From NCBI GenBank assembly GCA_002269645.1, contig NIVC01003894.1, positions 7,076-71,075 on the forward strand: a stretch of DNA of 64,000 bases, in the 5' to 3' direction. Shown here one piece after another: positions 1 through 10,127 of this stretch. Numbering within the stretch: position 1 is the first letter of the stretch; each line of letters begins with the position of its first letter. The translations under genes were made by a program, and so were the position numbers. Source of the DNA: Macrostomum lignano (lineage: Eukaryota). The notes below the pieces were generated by a model, which was not told where the DNA came from, ran no database searches, and saw only the letters and a program-made list of their open reading frames with translations.

Positions 1-2
1 AC

Positions 3-2781
3 CTGCATCTACACCCACACTCTGAGCCAGTCACGTCCAGACCCTATCCAATCGCTCATGGACTACAAGAACGGTTTGATGAGCTCATCGAAAACTTCCG
101 TCAAAAAGGAATCATCAGTCCGAGTGAATCGGAATACTCAAGTCCATGTCTTCTCGTGGAAAAGAAGACGCTCGACGCTCAAGGTCGCCGACAACTAAGA
201 CTCGTGACGGATTACCGAAAACTGAACAAGCTAATTCGTGCTCCTAGCATCCGACCTCCTAAGATTCCGGATTTGCTACATCGATTGAAAACGCTAAACT
301 GTACACACTCTGTGACCTAGCAGATGCTTTCTACCAAGTTCGGATCGATCCAGAAAGCACAAAATACACTGCGTTCATTGCACCCAACGGCCTACTTTGG
401 GAATTCAATCGACTACCTCAAGGACTCAAGTCCAGTCCTAGCTTAATGTGCCGTCTTGTAGCATTGTTAACAGCTGACTCTCCAAATCAGATTGCCTACT
501 TGGATGACGTCATGCTCATCGCCGAAGACTTCACCGGCATGCTCAAAGAAATCGAACGCTTCTTCCAAAAGTTACGACATCATGGATTGCGAATTTCACT
601 ACGAAAATGCATCTTTGCCAAAACAGAGGTACAATATCTTGGATTTGTGGTTTCTGCTCAAGGCATTAGACCCGCACCCAGCCTCATCGAGAAAATCAAG
701 ACCTTCCCTGTGCCTCAAACGGTTAAACAACTACAATCTTTCCTTGGACTTGCAAATTTCTACCGAACGCACATTGCTGGCTACTCACGAGTAGTACAAC
801 CACTTCTGAGTATCATCAAAAATACTTCGAAGCCTAACAAATTCGTCTGGACGAACGCCGCCCAAGCAGCCTTTGAAAAGCTGAAACAACTTCTCTCTAC
901 GGATATACTACTGGTTCATCCAAATCCGCGAAAACCGTACTTTCTGCACACTGATGCTTCGGATACCGCCATTGGAGCAGTACTCTCACAGCTAGACGAC
1001 AGCAACCACCAACGCCCGGTTGCCTACATTTCTAAGACGTTAAGTCCAACCGAACAACGCTATCCACCGATTGAACGCGAAGCATACGCCATCTATTGGG
1101 CAATAAAGAAGCTACACGTGTTCCTCTACGCCTCTTACCAACAATTCCACGTCTTCACTGATCACCAGCCACTCAAGAGTCTATTCAGTGACAAGCAACC
1201 TATCTCAAAACGACTTCAGAAGTGGATTCTAGCGCTACAAGATTACAACTTCACTCTCAACTATGTGAAAGGCAAATCAAACGTAGTAGCGGACTGCCTT
1301 TCACGCATCCCCAAAGTCTGTCAGATACAATCGCTGTCAACATTCAACGGACTGCAGGATGCCATTGATCAAGACCCATTACTGTCTACACAATCAAAGC
1401 GCTTCTATCGGAAAAATCACCCACTCACGAGCTGTCCAAGAAAGACCAACAATATGTTCGCCGACAACTGGCACGTTATTTTCTGGATGGAAACACTTTA
1501 TACTTTGAAGATGACGAAGGACGAAGCCGCCTCGTGATACCAACACGCTATCGTGAAGCTCTTTTGACAAGCAACCACTCGACAGCCCTTGGTGGTCATC
1601 TAGGTCACCAAAAGACAGCAGACAAAATCAGTCACTTCTATTACTGGCCTACACTACGACAAGATGTCTACAATTTCGTTAACAACTGCGAAGTCTGCCA
1701 CAAAGCGAAAACAGCACCCGTCTACGACCGCTGCACAAAGCCGTCAAATTCAACGAGGTTTTTTCTCATTTGGCTATCGACCTTGTAGGACCACTGCCAC
1801 CAGCTTCCACGGCCGCGACGTCTACAAGTACATACTCACGGCCCAATGCGGCGTTAGCAAATTCCTGTTCACATCCCGCTAACTGAGACAACTTCTGCAA
1901 CTATCTGCAACAACCTCTTCAACCGTGTGTTCGCTTTCGCAGGACTACCAGCACACATCATCTCAGACAATGGACCCCAATTCATCTCGCAAGAATTTCG
2001 AGAGTTTATGGGTGCCCTTGGAATACACCTGATCTACACCTCGGTGTACCAACCATCCAGCAACTTCGTCGAACGCGCACACAAGACACTGAAGCAAACT
2101 CTTACGGCCTTTGTCCATGACAAACCAGATCTCTGGATTGACTTCCTACCTGCGGTGACACTAGCAATCAATACCGCCACACACTCAACGATGAATGAAT
2201 CACCATTCTACTTGTTCTTCGCTCGAGACTTTCTGCCACCCAACGCACGGATCATGGAACACCAGACAACTGCATACATGGACGTTATTAAACCAGTCAA
2301 TTTGACCTGTTCAGCTATTTTGCTTGCCAGAGAAGTCGCCAAGGAACTTCTGCACAACTCAGCTGAACAGCGCGCTGAAAACTCTGATAAGAAGACCAAC
2401 AGCCGCTACATACGCCCCGGTGCACGATGCTATTTAGATGTCTCAGCGACGAAGGAGACAAAATTCTCCAATCCTTATCGTGGCCCAATGCGTCTACTAG
2501 CATGGCTCTCCGATCAGAACGCACTGATTTCTGATGTCAACCGGCCAAGCGAACGACCAATCGTGGTACATGCCTCCAAGCTCAAACCATGGCCTGGAGA
2601 TGGACTCAGCGCTGGACCTAGTCACCTACCTGAGTTCACAACTGATGACATTCAGGTCCACCACAACCATCGGCCGCCATTGAGCAAGTCCATCGCGCTG
2701 CAAACCACGTCTACTGATGAGCCACCAGTTCAGCCACAGACGCACGGCTACAACCTAAGATCGAAGAACAAGAAGTCGTGA
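3..2781 (+). CDS. pol: Gypsy pol polyprotein (RT, RNase H, integrase), broken by five -1 frameshifts (~291, ~1391, ~1750, ~1800, ~1872)
   Basis: RT motifs DYRKLN, DLADAFYQV, LPQGL, YLDD; RNase H LHTDASDTAIGAVL, EREAYAI, TDHQPL; HHCC zinc finger (HSTALGGH...CEVC); integrase D (IDLVGP), D (ISDNGPQF), E (VERAHKTLK); GPY/F-like segment NPYRGP; C-terminal HGYNLRS. Confidence 0.95.
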
Positions 2782-2951
2782 ATGATAAAAAATCTTCTAA
2801 ATTTCTTTTCTCCTTTCTTTTCCTTGACTGACAATATTGCTTTCTCTTCCTTTCTTTCTCTTCCTTTTTTCTTTCCTTCTTTTCTAGCTTTTGCTCTCTC
2901 TCCCTGCATTGCGACTCTTTACGTGACTACGAGTATTGACGAACTGACACA

Positions 2952-4013
2952 ATGAACTTTTATTTTCCGTTTTATCAACAAAAGCTACAAAAATTTCTCT
3001 CTTTTCCCTCTTTACATTGCAGAGCTCACACGCTAAAACAATATTTTGTGTATCTATTGCTTTTCTCCTTTTTCCTTTCTCTTATGGATCCATTTCCGCA
3101 ACCAGTGGATATTCGACCACAGTTAAATCATGATCTTATTTGCCTCGCAACCGTTGTTGCTTGGTTCACTGAAGCAATATTTTATTCTGAAACTATTGGT
3201 GAACCCCAACGGCTACGCATGGCCTCCGCTTTCTTCTCTCGTTTTTATGTTATCCGCTGCCATCGCTTTTATCCTAAGATGCTCCGCGTTCTACGAATTA
3301 GTCTATTTGGTCTGCTGCGTCGTACTCACTCACGACCACGTATACAGAACTTTTCTCCCACTATGACTGACGTTCTCAACCGCAGCTTCGTACCAATCCT
3401 ACATTTTCTTTTTTCTCCTAATATGTCTATCGACGATTTCTTTCAACTCTCTGCTTCTACTCTCCCTCAACCATGCATGCGCTTTAACCAAGACACTTGG
3501 CCTCTGTTGCTTTCCTCTCTACGCTACCCATGGCAACAATTCCGCCATGATGCTGCTAATCTTTCGGCGCAACAGTTAACTTCTACGCTCCAAAATTATT
3601 TAACCTCCTTCGATTCTCTCGCCCCTTATGTTTATCAAATTTTTCCTCCATTTTCTCCTCGTGCTACTAAGAAAGCTATGATACGCACGCTCAATCGTTT
3701 GTATCCGCACAATTTTTTCTTTACCCACGCTGTTTTCATTCTCTCAACGCGTTCAAGAAGCTTTGCTTTTATAATTATCGATTTTTATTCTCGCTCGGTA
3801 GTTGCCCATACTATTTTTCCTTTCTCTTGTCCTCCCTTCGTCGATATTTATACGATATTCACCGTATACGAAATGCTCTTGTTGGCTATCCTAACACCTT
3901 GCCAGAGTACGCCACTCTTCATACCTTCTCCATCAAGCGTATTCAACATTCTCCGCCTTCTGATCCTAATATTAATTTTGCTCGACTGGCATACGCTCTT
4001 TTTTATGACTTGA
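2952..4013 (+). CDS. Additional ORF downstream of pol (353 aa; 309 aa from the ATG at 3084), hydrophobic C-terminus, function unknown
   Basis: 1062-bp stop-free frame in the env position of the element; no recognisable family motifs; T/C skew of this strand lowers the stop frequency, which weakens the argument. Confidence 0.5.
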   Translation: MNFYFPFYQQKLQKFLSFPSLHCRAHTLKQYFVYLLLFSFFLSLMDPFPQPVDIRPQLNHDLICLATVVAWFTEAIFYSETIGEPQRLRMASAFFSRFYVIRCHRFYPKMLRVLRISLFGLLRRTHSRPRIQNFSPTMTDVLNRSFVPILHFLFSPNMSIDDFFQLSASTLPQPCMRFNQDTWPLLLSSLRYPWQQFRHDAANLSAQQLTSTLQNYLTSFDSLAPYVYQIFPPFSPRATKKAMIRTLNRLYPHNFFFTHAVFILSTRSRSFAFIIIDFYSRSVVAHTIFPFSCPPFVDIYTIFTVYEMLLLAILTPCQSTPLFIPSPSSVFNILRLLILILILLDWHTLFFMT

Positions 4014-4223
4014 TTCACCATCATCGCTCACTATTTTAATCCGCTTTTTCTTCAATATTGAGCGCTGAAACACTACAAAAATTGTTCAAAAATACTAAAA
4101 AAAAAATATTTTCCGTTCTTCTGCCTATTACTCCTCCGCTCTTTTGCGCTCACTTGTGTAAAGCTTACGCTATTTTTCTCTGTTATTCTGTCAACTGCTT
4201 TTTCAAAAGTCATCACGCGCTAG

Positions 4224-4277
4224 CCTGCTCAACCCTGCTCAACCCTGCTCAACCCTGCTCAACCCTGCCCAACCCTG
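4224..4277. repeat. 10-bp tandem repeat (CCTGCTCAAC) x~5
   Basis: Read directly in the sequence. Confidence 0.9.
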
Positions 4278-4484
4278 ACCTACACGACTGCTGCTCTGTG
4301 CCTGGTCACTGCCAATTGCTGTCTCTGGCGCTGCTTCAACCGGATTCAAGCCACAACCTTGATCTACGCAGCCATCGCCCTACACTATGCCTGGTCTCTG
4401 CAAATCGCTCTGTCCCTGGCGCTGCTTTCACCTAAGTCAACCAACTAGCACTAAAGCATACGGCTCAACAACGTTTGTTCCTTC

Positions 4485-4928
4485 ATGACTGCACAGTCTG
4501 CTTATCTGACAACTTCGGCATCACATCAAGTGGTGGCCCTGAAAAGGGCCGTTGTTGCGTTCAGAAGGCCGGACGAACCAGCAAAGCAGCTCGGCTCTTA
4601 CACCACCGACTCCGCTGGCGGCGCCTCCACATCTTCTACCGCAGTCGACGCTCCAGGCGCGCCCGACCTGCAGCAGTTGCGCCGACAACAACGACAGCAA
4701 CGGCAACATTGGCACAGCAGCAGCAGCAGCACCAGCACTCCCAGCACAGCGAGAAGGACGAGCGTGATCGCCCACCGCCTGTCGCCAAGGTCCCAATCAT
4801 CTTGGGACCGCTTTGCTAAGTCGCCTAGCAAAAACCGAAAGTTCTTCCTTGTGCTCATGATGAATCGAATTTACTTGATTATTAACCGTCAGTCAAAAAA
4901 TCGCTTAACTCGCCTTGCTCCATTTTAA
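4485..4928 (+). CDS. Possible second small accessory ORF of the retroelement (147 aa, S/Q/R-rich)
   Basis: GC-rich patch with an ATG-started frame; an overlapping frame (4475-4819) is also open, so the real frame is ambiguous. Confidence 0.25.
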   Translation: MTAQSAYLTTSASHQVVALKRAVVAFRRPDEPAKQLGSYTTDSAGGASTSSTAVDAPGAPDLQQLRRQQRQQRQHWHSSSSSTSTPSTARRTSVIAHRLSPRSQSSWDRFAKSPSKNRKFFLVLMMNRIYLIINRQSKNRLTRLAPF

Positions 4929-5485
4929 AGCCTTGTGTTATATACCCCCTTTGGACTGTACAATTTTTCCTAGAATTTTTATCTTTTTCGTTTCCCCAGT
5001 TAAAATTTTAACCTCTACTTTGTACATGATTTATTAGCTGAGCGGTTCCTCGCTAACCCCCCCCCAACTTTCGATGTACAATGATTTTTATTACCCTCCT
5101 TTTAACTCACCGCGTTTTCACTTTAAGCTTGCGTCGCTAAACCTCCATTTTGCTCTGTACACCCATTTTATCGATTTTTTGGTTACCCTCGCTGCGTTTT
5201 ATTCCATCCTTGCTTAGCTAGTTTAGCTTAGCCTAACTAAAGGCCCTCTGCGCTATCCCTTCTTTCGCTATTTAAACTGATGTTGTACTTTAACCTATGT
5301 TACCTTGCTTAAATTGGTTCCCTTTTACTCAAACATTTTTGCTAACATTATTCACTGCGAACTATTTTTTCTGCGACAACTTTTCTCGTTCACTACAATG
5401 CGTTATCTTTTTCTGCAATTTTATCAATTTTAACCCCCTACTATTCTTTTTCTGTTTTTATGCGCTCGGAGGGCCTCGCTTCCCC

Positions 5486-5500
5486 GAAAAATAGAGCGAA
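5486..5500 (+). other. Polypurine tract of the retrotransposon
   Basis: GAAAAATAGAGCGAA immediately before TG at 5501. Confidence 0.65.
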
Positions 5501-6018
5501 TGAAGTGATACATTTTGGCTCTAGAAAGCTCCCATCCAGATTGAATGTATTTTAACCAATGAATGCGCTCCAAATAGCAAAAGCTGAGGACACGACCCCA
5601 ACCTCAACCAATGAAAAGCAGTTATGTACCATCCAATGCGATCAAGACTGAAAAGTACTATAAAAGCTCATGTTAACCAAGCAAGAAGCTCCCCCTTTTT
5701 TCTGCTCGCTCCGCCTCTCCACGCCCTTGCCTCTCCTTCGCCATTCTCCTAGCTTACCTCGTTTGACTATTTTGATTGACACAGTTAGGGTCTCAACCCA
5801 AACACCAAAACTTATAAGTCGACTTACTAAAGCCAAACCAACACCCAATCCACGTTTCACAATAGACTGAACCTTCGGTTCATCCGAACAACTAGAAACA
5901 CCTTGTGACTTAAATCGAACGAGCTTCTTATTTGGAATTCCACCTTAGACATTATATTTTGTGAGAAAACATCTCGAGATTGTGACCATCAAATACAACG
6001 GTCTGTAAGTTACCATCA
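5501..6018 (+). mobile_element. 3' LTR (~518 bp; right end uncertain)
   Basis: Starts TGAAGTGATAC right after the PPT; candidate end GTTACCATCA at 6018; contains CCAAT and TATA motifs. The 5' LTR is outside the window, so the boundaries cannot be confirmed. Confidence 0.6.
5556..5665 (+). promoter_or_regulatory. LTR promoter: three CCAAT boxes plus TATA box
   Basis: CCAAT at 5556, 5608 and 5633; TATAAAA at 5659-5665. Confidence 0.65.
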
Positions 6019-7597
6019 AGTGTTTGCATCATCAGGAAAAGTCAGTTGAATCCGCCGCCTCAGTTATTTGGCTCTCACATTGATATTTGAAGTAGAACAA
6101 GAGCCATAGAAGTGAGAGACCAGAAGAAGAACAATAACATATATTTTAAAATATTTCAATTGCTTCAGAAAAAAGTCAAAATGAAAAAGGATAAACTTTA
6201 AAGACTATTTAAAATTTAAAATATACTAAAATAGAACTCTTTAAAATCAACTAAAGATTAGTAAAATGTTGTTTTATCAGGTGCTGTTTTGTTACAAGAT
6301 TTCAAAGTACAATTTAGGAACTAGAACTAAAAAACCACATTGTCATCCTTAATCTGTCAATTGCACTGTGCATATACTACAAAACATAGCTACCACACTA
6401 GCTAAGTAGTGGGCCATATTGCGGATTGTGTTATATATATGCCAGAAAGTATCTGGCTATCTAGTAAATTTGTATGCCAATAAAATATGCCAATTAAGCC
6501 CTCTAGTAAATTGTATACCAATAAAAATGCATGATTAATAAGTACAAAAACTATGTAACAAGCAATGCTTAGCATGCCAAAAATAAAATTATTGTAAAAA
6601 ATAAAATAGAAAACGTGTATCATTTAAAAAAACGAGAATAATTAATAAAACAAAATATTTATGTCTTTTACTAATTAAGGCATAGTTCCTTATAGAAAAT
6701 TTAGAATATTGTTTGAAAATTCAATTTAATGTCATAATTTTGCAAATTAGTTGTGCTAGTGTATACTTCTGTTAACTATTCTTTGTGCCTGAAAAAATGC
6801 TTACGATTCATACACATAAAAAAGCCAATTAATAACCATGTTAAATTTGTGCGCAAACTAGAAACTAATTTTAGCCTTGTTTTACTATGCAAAATATTAT
6901 CGATAAATATTTTTTGTTATAAACATAGCCATCTAGACAGTATATATACGAGCCAATTTTTGCCCAAATATACCCTACTTGCTAAACTCACTAACTTGCT
7001 GCTTGCTCTTAGCTCGTTCATTCTATATTCTCAGATAAACTTTGAAACCTTATTGAGTTAGTCATTTTAAGGAAAGAGGGAGTTACAGTGCTCAGAAAAT
7101 TGCTAAGAGAAAGGATTGGGGAAATATACAATTGAAATTCAGAGTAATTGCCGAGACCCTCTAGTCCAGGTAACGCCCAAGAGAGACTGAAGAGACTGAA
7201 GAGAAAGAGAGTAAAAATACATCCATACTAGTGCTAGACTGCTCAGGCCAAATGATATATTAGATGCTACCAGAATTATACATTAAATGCTACCCTAGAA
7301 TATATGGGATTCTAAGAAACAAGTAGGAATTTAAAGGAGAAGAAATACACCCATGACAACTTGTTGGCAATTAGTGGGATAGTTAGAGGACAGAGGTTAG
7401 CCCTAGGACATAATTTTTGTGCACCAAATTGTTTAGCATAATTTATGCAATGATTTCATATATTTCAATGCTTTTGTATGCTGCGCCAAAAGCTTGAACA
7501 AGTATAGCTAAGAATTGTAAACAAATGATTGTGCATGGTGGTTGTATTTCCTACGTTTACACTAGATGTATGCCAGACAAAGCATTTATATGCCATA

Positions 7598-7895
7598 CAT
7601 ACATGCGCAACCTCCAAAATTCGTTCGGCCGTGCGACTTAGTTTTAACAAAAATGCGACGTAGTTTTTGGCCAAAAATGCGACTTACATGTAAAAAAACC
7701 CTAAAGCAAATTTAACGCAACTTTGGGTAAACGGCAGGAGTAACTATGACTGCCTTATTAAGCCAAAATGCCTCGTCAGCTACTTAGTACTACTTCTTGG
7801 TTATTTTTTTGGGATGGCATTTTTGCGACTTTCTTGGTTGGCTGCCAAATTGGTCGGCCGAATCGGCCGACTTGGCCGACTGTTGCGCATGTATG
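7598..7895. mobile_element. MITE family A, copy 1 (hAT- or P-like, 8-bp TSD)
   Basis: Perfect 14-bp TIR CATACATGCGCAAC...GTTGCGCATGTATG; TSD ATGCCATA at 7590-7597 and 7896-7903; second copy at 20733. Confidence 0.9.
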
Positions 7896-8698
7896 ATGCC
7901 ATATATATGCCAGCTAAAGCATTTGTACACTAGATGTACACCAGCTAAAGACTAAGTATTTGTATGCTAGAATTTTTTGGCATATATTACACTTTCTGCA
8001 ATATGGGTTGTGGGTTTAAATATACAAACTGCAAATATATGTATGGTAGTCAATGACAAATTTTTAAAAAGCGACAATTGCCAAAGTGGTGTATTTGCAA
8101 TTATAAATAATAAGTAGCCGATCTTTTTAGCAAACTAGCCAAAAAACATCTATGTAAACTAAAAATTCACTTTCACAGAAGCTTCTTTTTCTAAAACTTC
8201 TTTTAACAAAATGGGCTACATCCTTCTATACATAGCATACATTATTAAGAATTTAATTTAAATCTGAAATTCATTTTTATATACATTATTCTACCTTGAC
8301 TTTTGCCTTTTCATTGCTTGTATATTTTTAATCTTATTATTAAAATAGGATGATATAGGTATAATGATTTTAATTTCTTAATAAAAAAATCCATATGCTA
8401 AAAATGGTCTGTCGGTATATGTGTGAGTAGATATTGATTTTAGAAAAATGGCTCAATCAATTTTCTTTGAACTTGCACCATTTTATCAGAAATTTTTTAC
8501 TTATCTTGCTTATAATTTTATTTGGCTTTGCTTTACCTTGGTATTCGTACAAAAATTATGGAACAAATTTGTCATTAGATGCCAATGGCAATTGGTTGGC
8601 ACAAGAATTGTACCACAAATAATTGTTCGAGTGAGGATGGTAACAAAATACATGTGATTGTAAGCCAAGTCAAGTGTGATGACTTCATCTTCATATTA

Positions 8699-9426
8699 TT
8701 ACAATGTCAGTAATTTACCTTGAAATCCAGCAATGACAGACATGTTCGTAGGTGTAGATAGAAATGGTGAAAATGATTTTGCTCTTTGACGAGTAAGAGC
8801 AACTTGGACACCATAATCCAATTTTACATGCTTGGGTGGAGGCAAAAAAGGAATCGGGCTTTTAGAAAAGGGAGTAGGGATCGAAGCTACCTTTGCCAAT
8901 GAAAAATTAGCTGTTATAGCAGCTCTTCGGCACACACTCATTGCTTTAAACAGAGAAACAGACTTAAAATGCTAATGAATTAGTGTTTCACCGAAATTTG
9001 GGTTTTGCTTTCGCTAAGTGAAATTTAGCTGTAAACAAGTGTATAATTATATATTAGAAGTCTTCTGTAGTTTAAGATTGAAATTAAAACCTTTAGTAAA
9101 TACAATATTATTTGTAATACGAAACGTATAAATAAAACCTTACTCCCATAATCATTTAATAATAAGAAAATATCAACAACTTAGTCTTAGAAAAAAGAAC
9201 TTTGTTTTAAACACTGCATTAATAAACTCGCGTTGATCATGCAGATCATGCCCTGGGGACATACACCTACTCAAGTACAAGGACCATTGTAGTATTAAAA
9301 GTACAGTGGTCCTTGGCAAAAAAACATGTACTAAACAATCCTACCTTTCTTGTAACAGCATGTGCTCAGGAGTCGGCGAAATGGGAATGTTCGCATTAGT
9401 GGGACTGTGTCGTCTAGAGCATTGCT
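8699..9426 (-). other. Two candidate extra exons (9345-9426 and 8699-8943), possibly alternative 3' exons of the shugoshin-like gene
   Basis: Higher-GC islands with ttttag/aag|gtagga and ctgtttaaag boundaries and joinable phases; no clear upstream donor links them to the gene. Confidence 0.25.
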
Positions 9427-10127
9427 CTAAAGTCGCCCACAACCATGCGGTAATTAATATTGTTACCGTTTACTATTGTTTCTTTCATAATTATTATAAC
9501 TTCGTCTCACATGATTTTTTAAGTATACGGACTTCATAAAATTAATGCTTAAATACAACAAGGAACACAAAACAAAAACCAGTACATAAAAAATTATATA
9601 ACGTTATAAAAAGAAATAGATAAAGGAGAATAGCGGTTGGCCAATTGATTATATTTATAATGCAATTAATTGTTAAAGTAAGTAACGTTTTAAATATTAG
9701 TACAAATCATTCAAGTACGCCTTCCCTTACTTTAAAAAAATAGAAAATAAAATTACTATAAAATATGAATGCAGTGCAGAACCATAGCAACGTGAATGTC
9801 AGAGACTAAATAAATGCATATTAATAGTTCAACAGAAGACATGCAGTACATAATTCAGTGCATACCAATAGCATGCAAGACATAAATATTAGTGTGCAGC
9901 GTAAGTACTTTTTGTTGAGCTGTGCCTGAAGTACCAATGTAGCAAGTGAGACAGCACCGCATTATTTACAATCAAGTTACATATTGTTGGATTCACTCGT
10001 AGAAATAAAAAAGTAAATAACCGAGAAGCCATGCAAAACTGCCTACTTATTATCAATACAAGAGACACGGTTTTAGAAAGTTTTTTTAACTAAACCGGAA
10101 ACAGAGCGGGCTGAGCAACTCCCAACA

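Larger units (their letters stand above)
1..6018 (+). mobile_element. Ty3/gypsy LTR retrotransposon, 5'-truncated by the window edge
   Basis: Domain order RT-RNaseH-integrase (Ty3/gypsy order), followed by a ~2.7-kb internal region, a polypurine tract and a TG-starting LTR-like segment; AT-rich host-like DNA follows from ~6150. Confidence 0.92.

Noticed and set aside
2952-4013. Calling the extra retroelement ORF env
   Set aside because: No clear signal peptide, furin site or fusion peptide; position alone is not enough.
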